Shown: piece after piece, positions 26,023-35,507 of the stretch
Numbering within the stretch: the first letter of the stretch is position 1
Layout of the letters: each line of letters begins with the position of its first letter
NCBI GenBank assembly: GCA_963932775.1
Contig: CAWVVG010000002.1
Location: 1 to 37,514 of the forward strand
Source of the DNA: an uncultured bacterium
GTDB lineage: Bacteria > Myxococcota_A > UBA796
Direction of reading: 5' to 3'
Length of the DNA stretch: 37,514 nt
Program-made: the position numbers and the translations under genes
The notes under the pieces: generated by a model
The model's database searches: none
Told to the model about the DNA's origin: nothing
The model's input: the letters and a program-made list of their open reading frames with translations, nothing else

Positions 26023-27296
26023 TGGGTTTTTTTGGACAACTTTTTGGTACCGATCCCGACTCGAAAATCGAGAAAGCCAAGAAAATGATCGGGCTGTCTG
26101 AATTTCACGAAGCCCGATGGCTCCTTGAGGATTTGGAGCACCCGGAAACGCAAGATTTAATGACGGCCACCATGAACGGACTAATCGGGGCCAACCTCGA
26201 AGAGGGTCGTGCACGGTACAGCGCTGGGGACAAAATCGGCGCCGAAGAACATTTGGCCCTCGCCCGAGAGTTCGGCGCCACCCACGATCAGCTCCGCGGA
26301 GCCCGCCGTGAAGGTCGGGCCAGCATGCCAGCACCCAAGCCAGTCGCTCCAAAAGTGGACGCCATCCCAGCGGGCGACGACCCCATCTGGTCCTTGCCCC
26401 CTGAAGACCCGCGCCTGCGCTACGCCTTGATGATGGAGGCCTACCCAGAGCCACTAAGAGAGCGACTGCTCGCATTGGGATTGGGATTTGCGGAGGCTGC
26501 ACTCCTCACAGAGAACGGAAAGCCAGAGGAAGCGTTCACGGCGCTTCAGCCCTTCACAGCCCACGATGATGTCGCTCGCTATGAGCGGGCCCGGGCCGCA
26601 ATCGCCGCAGATATTCTGCCAGCAGCAGCCTCTGAACTACTCGCATTTGGAGACTCGGTCGGACACCAAACCATCGGCACAAATCACACTGCCGTCATGA
26701 TGTGCCAGACCCTAGTAAGACTCGATCGCGCTGAAGAAGCCGTAGACCGACTGCAACCATTGCTGGAAAACCCCAAGAACCCGTCTGAGCAAACCATGCT
26801 CTCGGGGGCAGAGGCACAAATCTTATTCCTGCTCGGTCGAGACGACGAGGCCGACGTCAAGACCGCCAAGCTGCTCCAGGAGTCGAGCCGAGACATGAAC
26901 CTCGTCAAGCTCCTCAGTCGAATTCGAAACCGACGGGGGCAGCGACTGAACGCCATGCAGATCCTTGAAGATGGCCTCAACCGCTGCTGTTCCGCCCCTG
27001 GAAAGTGCGGCTCTCAGGCCCTCGACCTTGAAGCGGTTCGCATGCTCACGGTGATGTACCTCGAGGATCGCATCGAACCCAAACGAACCGACGAGTTGCG
27101 AAAAGATCTGGAGACACACCGCAAAAAACCAGTCTGGGACGATGCTTATATCGATGCCTTGGTGGCGCGGAACGGGATGGAACCAGACCTCAACCAGCGG
27201 GTTGGAAACCTGGCAAAGGGCCTCAAACCAGCGGATCCACGCATGGCTGTACTGGCGAACTCCTTTCCACAGATGATTGCGACCAGCCCAGCCTAA
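26022..27296 (+). CDS. Alpha-helical repeat (TPR-like) hypothetical protein
   Basis: 424 aa. The start overlaps the def stop (TAATG). The composition is helical and Leu/Ala/Glu-rich with repeat-like segments. I recognised no catalytic motif. Confidence 0.6.
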   Translation: MGFFGQLFGTDPDSKIEKAKKMIGLSEFHEARWLLEDLEHPETQDLMTATMNGLIGANLEEGRARYSAGDKIGAEEHLALAREFGATHDQLRGARREGRASMPAPKPVAPKVDAIPAGDDPIWSLPPEDPRLRYALMMEAYPEPLRERLLALGLGFAEAALLTENGKPEEAFTALQPFTAHDDVARYERARAAIAADILPAAASELLAFGDSVGHQTIGTNHTAVMMCQTLVRLDRAEEAVDRLQPLLENPKNPSEQTMLSGAEAQILFLLGRDDEADVKTAKLLQESSRDMNLVKLLSRIRNRRGQRLNAMQILEDGLNRCCSAPGKCGSQALDLEAVRMLTVMYLEDRIEPKRTDELRKDLETHRKKPVWDDAYIDALVARNGMEPDLNQRVGNLAKGLKPADPRMAVLANSFPQMIATSPA

Positions 27297-27302
27297 GCGG
27301 CT

Positions 27303-27923
27303 TCAGTTCCGGTTCAGTCGACTTCGGGCGATCATCCCTTGCCCGGCAGCCAGCTCTCGGACCTCCCACTCCGCCCGGAATGTTGCCTGTCGTTCGGCAC
27401 TCAAGTCTCCCCCACCTGTGACCAGCCGACGGCGCTCCGTCACCCGCTGAAGAATGCACGCGGCGGCCACGGACACATTGAGGGACTCTGTCAGCCCCTG
27501 CATCGGAATGCAGATGGCACCATCCGCCAGGGCTCGGGCCTCGTCGCTCACCCCGGTAAGCTCGGCTCCCATCAGGATCGCAATCGGACCGTCGACCGGA
27601 ACGGTGTCTGGACTGTGCGCACCGTCCATCAAGTCGGCGAGGAATATCTTAAACCCACGCTCGTGCAGCTCGGCAACCACGCTCTCTGTACTCTCCCAAT
27701 GACGGACATCCAGCCACCGCTCCGATCCCCGTGCAGCACCCTTGGATGGCTCGAAACCGTGGGTAACTAAGTGCACCTCGTGCACACCAAAGCACTCGCA
27801 ACTTCGTAGGATCGCGGAGGCATTGTGACGACGATGAACCGCCTCCAGCACCACAACCACAGTACCGAGACGGCGGGTGAGCATGGCCTGAACCCTAGCG
27901 ATGCGTTCTGTAGAGATGCTCAC
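27303..27923 (-). CDS. trmH: SpoU/TrmH-family RNA 2'-O-methyltransferase
   Basis: 206 aa. The SPOUT motifs are present: VVLEAVHRRHNASAILRSCECFGV, ILMGAELTGVS, IPMQGLTESLNVSVAAACIL. The GTG start overlaps the upstream stop (GTGA). Confidence 0.85.
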   Translation of the reverse strand: MSISTERIARVQAMLTRRLGTVVVVLEAVHRRHNASAILRSCECFGVHEVHLVTHGFEPSKGAARGSERWLDVRHWESTESVVAELHERGFKIFLADLMDGAHSPDTVPVDGPIAILMGAELTGVSDEARALADGAICIPMQGLTESLNVSVAAACILQRVTERRRLVTGGGDLSAERQATFRAEWEVRELAAGQGMIARSRLNRN

Positions 27924-28726
27924 TGCTTGTAAAGATTGAGCCGGGCACCCGCATAGGGAACGGTGAGCGTAGTCTTGGTGAGCATAAACGGTAGATTGGA
28001 GCCACCATTTTCAATGTCCATCCGCATCAATCCCTCTCGTGTAGCCCAGTTTCCTTCCACTACCGCCTCTCGGCCATCGGTCATCGACTGCACTCGAAGT
28101 TGGCCATTGCTCTCAAAGAAGAAACTGAATTTCGTGGTGACACCACGCATCTTGGCGGAGCCTTCCCACTTTCCAATGACCGCTTTTGCCTGAATCCAGG
28201 GCGCCTGGGTGGCCTTGGTTCCCCACCCTTCGCCACCTGTGTTTAGTGCGTCAACCTCACCCCACGGGGTGCCGTCTTTTCCGGCGCCAAGAACCTCTAC
28301 GCTGCCCCACTCAACACCCGTCGGAGTGGGCTGTAGAGACATCAGCAATGCGTCTGGGTCCAATGTTTTTACGTGTTCTGAAGATGCAATTACCGCCCAC
28401 CACACCGCCACCGTTGGGCTCGCCCAGTACAGCTTCGCACGACCCAGGTGTTCCGCACCTACTAAGTTGATGTGGCCATTGGGCTCAATCCCAAAGCGTT
28501 CGATCGCGATGCCTTTCTTCTGAAGCGCAGCCACCACTTCCTCGGGCACCCCTTTCGCACCATCGATGCGAAACTCCAACACCATCCCCTTTTCCGGGTG
28601 TTCGACATCGAGCATGGCTCGGTCTCCGTCCGCCGCAGTCCAGCCAATAGGGGGTGTCAGGGCCGATGCTGGCGAGCCAAAAAAGACGCCGAGCAATGCA
28701 ACGATAAAAGGTGTGATGCTATTCAT
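27920..28726 (-). CDS. Secreted/periplasmic hypothetical protein
   Basis: The ORF track starts at 28780. ATG 28726 gives the signal peptide MNSITPFIVALLGVFFGSPASA (ATG 28744 is also possible). No recognisable motif. It is translationally coupled to trmH. Confidence 0.55.
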   Translation of the reverse strand: MNSITPFIVALLGVFFGSPASALTPPIGWTAADGDRAMLDVEHPEKGMVLEFRIDGAKGVPEEVVAALQKKGIAIERFGIEPNGHINLVGAEHLGRAKLYWASPTVAVWWAVIASSEHVKTLDPDALLMSLQPTPTGVEWGSVEVLGAGKDGTPWGEVDALNTGGEGWGTKATQAPWIQAKAVIGKWEGSAKMRGVTTKFSFFFESNGQLRVQSMTDGREAVVEGNWATREGLMRMDIENGGSNLPFMLTKTTLTVPYAGARLNLYKQ

Positions 28727-28826
28727 GACTACGCAATGTAGCATGGGCGGCACACAGGTCCCGGCCTTGATTCGGACCATGCCCCAAAGATGCCCTCTTT
28801 CACTCCCGATAGGTTAGAATCAAACC

Positions 28827-30638
28827 GTGCCCAACCCTGTAAATGCCGAGCGCTGGTTCAATAAATTTTGCAAGGTGTACGCGCGCCATGATCACAGCAT
28901 TGAGGACTGGAGGGTCGAGAGCCACTGCAACGGAGTGTTGGTCACTTTGGTTCTCGACCGAGGTGACGTCACGCTGCTGGTGCACCGGAAAGGCACCAAC
29001 TCTTTCTATGCGGAAATTCCGAGTCTAGCGGTTTCCATTTTCTCCGACGAAGATGACTGTGTTCCGAAACTCCCGGGCAATGCAGAGCTGGTCATTCGGC
29101 AATTTCTGAACGTCCTCCGCAAGGCCGACAAAGGAAATCTTGTGATCCCATCGCCCTCAACCGCGGGGGGGCAAGGGCGTCCCATAGCAATGGTGAAGCC
29201 GGACTCCCCGCAAGCCCTGGCCACCCGATCGGTGCTCGCAGACAAGCTCCACTGGGGATCCTTTCTTGCCTGGAAAGCCCTAGTAACCGAGGACCTCTAC
29301 CCCCACGTTGGTCCCCTTGGGGAGCTGGTCTCCGACGAAGAAATCCGAGAAGGTTGGGTCAACACCGTCGCCCGCATGCACGCCGGAACAGCACCCCAAA
29401 AGCTGGGCTTGTATGTGCACGTTCCCTTCTGCACGGTCGCTTGCTCATTTTGCTTCTGCAGGAAGACGGACCGCTTCAATCGGGCGGGATTCGACACCTA
29501 CCTAGACCAGCTTAATGCCGAGACTGAGAACTGGGCCGAGATCTTTAAGTCTGTATCCTTCACCTCCATGTATTTCGGAGGCGGTACACCCTCACTGCTG
29601 AGTCCCCCGGCCATGAGCCGGCTGTTCTCCACGCTCTTTGAAAATTTTGATGTCCCCAAGGGCACCCAAATCATCTACGAAGGAAACCCCGACTCGTTGA
29701 GTGCCCGAAAAATTGAGGTACTCGCAACGGAAGGACACGTGACGCGACTAACCATCGGGGTCCAGACCCTCGATGACAAAGTCCAAGAGCTCGTCCGCCG
29801 CTTCAATCGGCCCGACCAAGTCCGCGATGCCATCAGCGCGGCGCGCGCCTACGGAATCGAACACGTCAACTGTGACCTCATGGCAGGCCTTCCCGAACAG
29901 ACCATGTCGTCGTTCCAGAAAGACCTCGAGTACCTCGTCTCACTCGAACCAGACTCAGTCCACGTCAACGGCTTTCGCCCCCTCCCAGTCACTCGCCTTG
30001 CCAAAGACGGAAGCGTCATGGAGCCCGAAACGGTTGTCCTGCGGGATGAAATGCTCAAGTGGGCCCAACAGTACCTCTCTGAAAATGGGCATACCAGCAA
30101 TGAAATGGGCCAATCCCCCCGACGGACCCGAAGTGCAGCGAACATCCAAGAGTATGACCTTCGACGACAGAACTCCTCGCTGCTCGGTCTCGGTTTCCCG
30201 GCCCGGGCTCACAGCTTTGCGGGTCATTATTACAGTCCCGACGCCGACCAGGGTTTTGATCCATCCCTCTCCAGAGAGCTTAGCGGAAAGCGAGTCTGGC
30301 GGGCCGTTCGCTCCAGCGATCGGGAGGAAATTCACAAGTACCTGGTGAGCAACCTACGCACCGGGTTCACTCCCACGGAGTTCCGGAGCTTGTTCAATTG
30401 CGACCCCCAAGATGTTGCTCGCGAACCCCTCAACCAACTCGTAGATCTCGGCGTGCTGCACGTCGGCAAAGATGAACTTTACTGCGACAGTGGAGACCAC
30501 TCCCAGAATCTCATCTACCGCACCTTCTTGATGAGCCCAGAACATCTCGCGCGGGCCCGCGAGGTTTGGGGAGCAGAGTACGATCGAGACTTGGATTATA
30601 AAGCGCGTATTCGCGTGTTGTGTGAGAGCTGCGGTTAA
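28827..30638 (+). CDS. HemN-family (coproporphyrinogen dehydrogenase-like / class C) radical SAM enzyme with a roughly 190-aa N-terminal extension
   Basis: 603 aa, GTG start. LGLYVHVPFCTVACSFCFCRK is the HemN-type CxxxCxxCxC motif. YFGGGTPSLL and the downstream LTIGVQTLDD, CDLMAGLPEQT blocks follow in HemN order. About 190 residues precede the cluster motif, compared with about 50-60 in E. coli HemN. Confidence 0.85.
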   Translation: MPNPVNAERWFNKFCKVYARHDHSIEDWRVESHCNGVLVTLVLDRGDVTLLVHRKGTNSFYAEIPSLAVSIFSDEDDCVPKLPGNAELVIRQFLNVLRKADKGNLVIPSPSTAGGQGRPIAMVKPDSPQALATRSVLADKLHWGSFLAWKALVTEDLYPHVGPLGELVSDEEIREGWVNTVARMHAGTAPQKLGLYVHVPFCTVACSFCFCRKTDRFNRAGFDTYLDQLNAETENWAEIFKSVSFTSMYFGGGTPSLLSPPAMSRLFSTLFENFDVPKGTQIIYEGNPDSLSARKIEVLATEGHVTRLTIGVQTLDDKVQELVRRFNRPDQVRDAISAARAYGIEHVNCDLMAGLPEQTMSSFQKDLEYLVSLEPDSVHVNGFRPLPVTRLAKDGSVMEPETVVLRDEMLKWAQQYLSENGHTSNEMGQSPRRTRSAANIQEYDLRRQNSSLLGLGFPARAHSFAGHYYSPDADQGFDPSLSRELSGKRVWRAVRSSDREEIHKYLVSNLRTGFTPTEFRSLFNCDPQDVAREPLNQLVDLGVLHVGKDELYCDSGDHSQNLIYRTFLMSPEHLARAREVWGAEYDRDLDYKARIRVLCESCG

Positions 30639-30719
30639 GGCCTTTTATTCTGCAGCTACGCCTCCGTGCGAGGCCCGGCCACCAACCACAACGGCATCAA
30701 AGGGGAGAGCGTGAAGCGG

Positions 30720-31196
30720 ATGATCAAAGATTGGGCTGTGGCGCTGAGCCTTGGAATGGTCGTCTTTTTTGGCATCCAATGGCTCCAACCCAAGCCCACC
30801 ATTCCGGAGATCGCACCCGACTTCACAGTGAAAACCATCGACGGAGACTCGATCACATTGAGCGACCTTCGCGGTAAAACCGTCGTCTTGAACTTTTGGG
30901 CCACCTGGTGCGGCCCGTGCCGCTCTGAAATCCCCGCCTTTTCACGGTTCTCCAAGGCACACCCCGATGTGCCGGTTCTCGGTCTCTCCGTAGATCAAGG
31001 CTCACCAGCCAAGGTGAGGCACACCGTCCGCGAGTGGGGAATCGAGTACCCTGTGGCCATCATCAGCGGCGCTCTTCAGAAAAAATACGACATATCCACA
31101 CTGCCAACCACGGTGATCATCGATCCCGACGGCAAAGTCCAGAAGATAAATGTGGGCACCATGTCCGAGCGCCAGCTCACACGCGCGGTTCGCTAG
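30720..31196 (+). CDS. TlpA/ResA-like periplasmic thiol:disulfide oxidoreductase
   Basis: The ORF is 30666..31196. I prefer ATG 30720, downstream of GGGGAG; GTG 30711 is also possible. An N-terminal membrane anchor (WAVALSLGMVVFFGIQWL) is followed by VVLNFWATWCGPCRSEIP, which carries the CxxC active site. Confidence 0.85.
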   Translation: MIKDWAVALSLGMVVFFGIQWLQPKPTIPEIAPDFTVKTIDGDSITLSDLRGKTVVLNFWATWCGPCRSEIPAFSRFSKAHPDVPVLGLSVDQGSPAKVRHTVREWGIEYPVAIISGALQKKYDISTLPTTVIIDPDGKVQKINVGTMSERQLTRAVR

Positions 31197-31906
31197 CCCA
31201 AGGGGTTCAAGCCTTTGTCGAAGGACCAGGGACCCACCCGGGAGTCCCGTTCAACCAAGCGTCCGATTCGATCCAAATAGACCTCTCGGCTGATTTCCTC
31301 GGCACCCATATTCTCCAAGGTGTGGGTGTGAACTTGGGCATCGATCAGGCCAAAGTTCCACTGGTCGAGCTGGCGCACCAACCACACCAAGGCAATCTTT
31401 GATGCATCCGAGGCATGACTAAACATACTCTCACCCGCAAATAAGGCACCGACAGCCACGCCATAGAGTCCACCCATTAGGGTCTCGCCATCCCAGACTT
31501 CAACCGAATGAGCAAACCCGAGTTTATGCAAGCGTACATAGGCTGCGCGCATCTCAGCGGTGATCCACGTTCCCTCTTGGCCTGGGCGAGGAGTGACCTT
31601 GCATCCATCGATCACCCCCTCAAAATCGGTGTCCATCCGCACATCAAATCGTCGTTTCTTGATCGACTTTCGCAAGCTCCTTCCGATGTGAAGCTTGGCG
31701 GGCTCGAGCACACAACGGGGATCCGGAGAAAACCACAAAATCGGCTGACCCTCGGAGTACCAAGGAAAGATTCCGTTGGCATAGGCCAACAACAATCGTC
31801 GGGGACTCAGGTCACCCCCCACCCCAAGCAGGCCGCTTGGGTCTGCCTCGCTGGGGTTCGGGAAGATGAGTTCATCCTCTGGGATTCGGTAAACAGTCAC
31901 GGGCAC
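31193..31906 (-). CDS. aat: Leucyl/phenylalanyl-tRNA--protein transferase
   Basis: 237 aa, GTG start. LLLAYANGIFPWYSEGQPILWFSPDPRCVL and FAGESMFSHASDASKIALVWLV match the Aat family. Confidence 0.9.
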   Translation of the reverse strand: MPVTVYRIPEDELIFPNPSEADPSGLLGVGGDLSPRRLLLAYANGIFPWYSEGQPILWFSPDPRCVLEPAKLHIGRSLRKSIKKRRFDVRMDTDFEGVIDGCKVTPRPGQEGTWITAEMRAAYVRLHKLGFAHSVEVWDGETLMGGLYGVAVGALFAGESMFSHASDASKIALVWLVRQLDQWNFGLIDAQVHTHTLENMGAEEISREVYLDRIGRLVERDSRVGPWSFDKGLNPLG

Positions 31907-31973
31907 ACCCTATCGGAAGCGAGCCCCGTAAGGCTGTTCCACGTGGAACACAGACGCAGGATATGCACATCGG

Positions 31974-32615
31974 ATGGAAATCTGCATCGACCCTCACCCA
32001 CTCCTAGATACCGCAATATTGCACACGACCTGGCCTGCCACACTGGAGCAAACCCCCACACTGAACGACCTCGATAAATGGTTTTCCGAGCGCGCACATC
32101 CACCCATCGATCGCCCAGAAGAAGTGAAATCCACCATCCGGGATCTGCTTCGACACGGAGGGTTCAAGCCGAGTGGCCGCAGTAAACCTGCGAGCGAGTA
32201 CTTGGTGTCAGCCGTAGAAAAGGGACGCATGGGGAGCATCAATGCGGCGGTCGACTGCTGCAATGTGGCCAGCCTGCACTCCGGATTGCCCATCAGCGTC
32301 GTGGACATCGATCGGGGCCAGGGCTCGTGGCGCATTGGGCTGGTTCCGCCCAACACCGAATACGTCTTCAACCCGGCGGGCCAGGTCATCAGCATCGGCG
32401 GCCTCCTCAGCCTATTCGATGACGACGGCCCCTGCGGCGGTCCCGTCAAGGACTCCCAGCGAACAAAAACCCACGAGAATACCCGTCAGACCCTCAGCGT
32501 AATCTGGGGCTCGATCGCCTTGCCCGGTCGAACAGAGGCCACGGCTGAGTGGTATGCACGTCTCATAGAAGGCCTTGGAGCCCGAGTACAGAGACTCAGG
32601 CCAACAACGCCATGA
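31974..32615 (+). CDS. B3/B4 (PheT-like tRNA-binding) domain protein
   Basis: 213 aa. RPEEVKSTIRDLLRHGGFKPSGRSKPASEYL...INAAVDCCNVASLHSGLPISVVD resembles the stand-alone B3/4 domain family. Confidence 0.65.
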   Translation: MEICIDPHPLLDTAILHTTWPATLEQTPTLNDLDKWFSERAHPPIDRPEEVKSTIRDLLRHGGFKPSGRSKPASEYLVSAVEKGRMGSINAAVDCCNVASLHSGLPISVVDIDRGQGSWRIGLVPPNTEYVFNPAGQVISIGGLLSLFDDDGPCGGPVKDSQRTKTHENTRQTLSVIWGSIALPGRTEATAEWYARLIEGLGARVQRLRPTTP

Positions 32616-35487
32616 GGTCATCCCGAGTGATCGCCGTCGCCTGATCCGCCCCTCCCAGGGCGGCCTCTGCCAAGGCACGTTTCCGCTGCTGAAGGGCCAA
32701 GATGCGCTCCTCAACCGTGTCTTCTGCAACCAGCCTGTACACAATGACAGGCTTGTCCTGGCCAATGCGGTGGGTTCGGTCCGCTGCCTGGTCTTCGACC
32801 GCTGGGTTCCACCAAGGGTCCACCAAGAAGACGTGGTCGGCCGCCGTGAGGTTCAGGCCTGTTCCACCCGCCTTGAGGCTAATGAGCATGACGGGCGGCC
32901 CGTCGTCACTCTGGAACTGATCAACCATCCCCTGTCGATCTCGGGTCTGCCCATCCAAGCGGATGAAAGGTATGCCCGCTTCGTTCAGGTGTGGCTCAAT
33001 CAAGTTGAGTAAGCTGGTCCATTGGGAGAACACCAGGGATTTATGACCCTCCGCAATCACCGAGGTGAGGGTCTCGATCAGCAAGTCGATTTTTGCAGAG
33101 CTGTCGGCCTCCTGCCCGGGAACCAGGGCCGAATGACAGGATGCCTGGCGGAGGCGAAGCAATGCCTCGAGTGCCGCCATGACATTGCCAGAGCCCATAC
33201 GCTCGACCATCTTGGCCTGAGTGGCTGCACGTACCGAGTTGTACACCCCGCGCTCTGTTGGAGAGAGGTGGCAACGAAGCACACTCTCTGTCCGAGGAGG
33301 CAGCTCCGGAGCCACCTCGCGTTTGAGTCTCCGCAATACAAAGGGTCGGATGCGGTCACGTAGATGAGAAGCCACGCCTGCGTCCGCCCGGGAGATGGGC
33401 TGTGCATAGCGCTCATCAAAGTCCCTGCGTCCACCGAGCAGTCCAGGGTTCACAAAGTGAATCTGACTCCACAACTCCTCGAGTCGGTTCTCCACGGGCG
33501 TACCCGTCAGCGTGACTCGAAATTTCGCATCGATCTTAAAGGCGGCCTGGGCCACTTGGCTCTGAGGATTCTTGATGGCCTGGGCCTCGTCGAGAATCAC
33601 CAGATCCCACTGCTCACTGATGAGTTTGGCCTGGTCGCCTCTCAGAAGTGCATACGTAGTGATGATGAGATCTGCACTGCGGTCCAGCTTGCGGGTAGGT
33701 CCGTGATAAATCGCGACCTTCAAGTCCGGACGGAATCGGCCGGCCTCAATCTCCCAGTTTCGAAGTACACTTCGGGGCGCGACAACCAGGGCCTTCTTAT
33801 CCACCATACACAGCGCTTGGACGGTCTTTCCGAGCCCCATATCATCGGCCAATACACCACCCATCTGGGCATCTCGAAGGAAGGACAACCAGTTGACGCC
33901 TTGTTGCTGATAGTCCCTCAGCTCGCCTATGAAGTCGGATGGCAAGTCCACATCGGGAATGCCGGCAAACCCATCCGCCAGCGCCCGCAATCCTTCCAGT
34001 TCCGGCGGGGGCGGAAAGTCCAGCTCCTCGCACAGTCGGGCCAGATCAAAGAGAGCATGCCGAGCCACCCGGCCCGTGGCATCCCTCGCCGCCAACAGAT
34101 CCGCCAGACGATCCCCGTACTGCTCCAGCCACTCGATTGGAAGGGGTGCCCAGCCGCCGGAGGGCAGGCTCACCAGTTCATCTCCAGATACCCAAGCGGA
34201 GATGACCTCGAGGGGATCTGCGCCGCCCATGTCTGCGTGGACCATATCGCCATCGATCTGAATGTCCGGCTCAATCGGGCCCACCCGGACAAAGTGCTTG
34301 ATTCCCGTACCTAGAATCTCGCCGGAAAAGCGGTCCAGGCGATCCACAAAACGGACCGCGGCCATGCCTTGAAGTCGGGTCTCAATGCCCACAGCCATGC
34401 GCATTTCTTCGCCCAGTTGACGAATCAAGCGTTGTTCCGACCGCTCCGAACGAATCGGCACCGTATCGCCCAGAATCTCAATCTCACCTCGAAGAATTCG
34501 AGCTGTCGGTGGGTCCCCATAGACGATCGCCGGCCGAATAACGAGAGAGTCCCCTTGCTTCTTGGTCTCGATTACCAAGCGCGGGGGGCTCGCATCTACA
34601 TTGGGTAAGCGTGTGGTTCGGATGTGAACGGGTATCTTCTGCTCGAGCCGAGGGATCATGTCTCCGACCAATTGGCCCACTTCATCGATGCTGTACACCA
34701 CACCGCGGGCCAGAATTCGCCGCTGCTCTCGACTCAGTTGCCCATCGCCTATGAAGTGCAGGGTCTCATCACAGGCGACCACACCATTTGTATACACGCT
34801 GGTAATCTTCGAGTCCCGAACCAAACGAAGGCGAAAGCCCGATCCGTGATCTTCAACCCAGCCATGGGGTACGACCGGATCTTGGCTGACAGATATCGGC
34901 TCACCATCCAACGTGATGCCTCCGATATCGGACAATGCCCGGAACAATCGTGGCAGTCGCTCTCGGGTCACAACCGCACCAAACCGGTGACCCATCGCCG
35001 TCTCGACCAACTCATCCGCTGGGCCATAGCTCAAGGCTGAAGGCCCATTGTGTTTACCGGCCACCGGGCCCTCAAGGTTTTCCTCGCGCTCTCCGGCCAA
35101 GAATACTCGGCGAAGAATCAGTCCGCCCTCGCTGTTCAAGAACCGATAGCCAACCTTCGCGACCGAACCACCGCCCGCGGGCCCAATCCCTGTGCCAGCC
35201 TCGACGGCTTTGTGCAGTGCGATCGCTGCGGCAGCAATGTGCAGGCAGGGCCGCAGAGTAGCCGGACAGTCACACGACCAGTCTGAATCGGATGGCCATA
35301 AGTGCACTGTGGCGGGACGAGCCCTCCCCTTTGGCACGACGCTGAAAACGAATTCGTCCTCTTCCTCGCTAATGCCAAGCACACGTTCATCTCGGACCAA
35401 CTGAACGCCACGAGACCAAATGTCATCACGAGTAGCAGTTCGAACAGCATCAAGGATAGGCACGATAGCGATCTCCAAGCCGCCCAC
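32596..35487 (-). CDS. SNF2-family ATP-dependent translocase/helicase with an N-terminal SWIM zinc finger
   Basis: 963 aa, GTG start. The SWIM motif is WSCDCPATLRPCLHIAAA (CxC...CxH). The SNF2 N-domain has LRDYQQQGVNWL, LADDMGLGKTVQAL, VILDEAQAIKN. The helicase C-domain has KSLVFSQWT, LISLKAGGTGLNLTAADHVFLVDPWWNPAVEDQAADRTHRIGQ. Confidence 0.9.
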   Translation of the reverse strand: MGGLEIAIVPILDAVRTATRDDIWSRGVQLVRDERVLGISEEEDEFVFSVVPKGRARPATVHLWPSDSDWSCDCPATLRPCLHIAAAAIALHKAVEAGTGIGPAGGGSVAKVGYRFLNSEGGLILRRVFLAGEREENLEGPVAGKHNGPSALSYGPADELVETAMGHRFGAVVTRERLPRLFRALSDIGGITLDGEPISVSQDPVVPHGWVEDHGSGFRLRLVRDSKITSVYTNGVVACDETLHFIGDGQLSREQRRILARGVVYSIDEVGQLVGDMIPRLEQKIPVHIRTTRLPNVDASPPRLVIETKKQGDSLVIRPAIVYGDPPTARILRGEIEILGDTVPIRSERSEQRLIRQLGEEMRMAVGIETRLQGMAAVRFVDRLDRFSGEILGTGIKHFVRVGPIEPDIQIDGDMVHADMGGADPLEVISAWVSGDELVSLPSGGWAPLPIEWLEQYGDRLADLLAARDATGRVARHALFDLARLCEELDFPPPPELEGLRALADGFAGIPDVDLPSDFIGELRDYQQQGVNWLSFLRDAQMGGVLADDMGLGKTVQALCMVDKKALVVAPRSVLRNWEIEAGRFRPDLKVAIYHGPTRKLDRSADLIITTYALLRGDQAKLISEQWDLVILDEAQAIKNPQSQVAQAAFKIDAKFRVTLTGTPVENRLEELWSQIHFVNPGLLGGRRDFDERYAQPISRADAGVASHLRDRIRPFVLRRLKREVAPELPPRTESVLRCHLSPTERGVYNSVRAATQAKMVERMGSGNVMAALEALLRLRQASCHSALVPGQEADSSAKIDLLIETLTSVIAEGHKSLVFSQWTSLLNLIEPHLNEAGIPFIRLDGQTRDRQGMVDQFQSDDGPPVMLISLKAGGTGLNLTAADHVFLVDPWWNPAVEDQAADRTHRIGQDKPVIVYRLVAEDTVEERILALQQRKRALAEAALGGADQATAITRDDLMALLA

Positions 35488-35507
35488 TTAACCCATTCTG
35501 ACTATTT

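Noticed and set aside
12297-30638. The two radical SAM genes (12297..13706 and 28827..30638) as parts of one biosynthetic cluster or RiPP locus
   Set aside because: They are 15 kb apart, separated by housekeeping genes (uvrB, def, trmH). No precursor peptide, peptidase or exporter genes lie nearby.
33364-34314. 316-aa + strand ORF
   Set aside because: It is antisense to the SNF2 helicase core, whose motifs are clear on the minus strand. I consider it non-coding.
32596-35487. SNF2 helicase as part of a phage-defence system (DISARM- or Zorya-like)
   Set aside because: The expected partner genes (methyltransferase, PLD or DUF1998-type proteins, ZorABC-like membrane components) are not present on either side. 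The neighbours are aat, a B3/4 protein, a GT2 and thiS. There are no signs of an island: no integrase, no tRNA, no visible composition shift.
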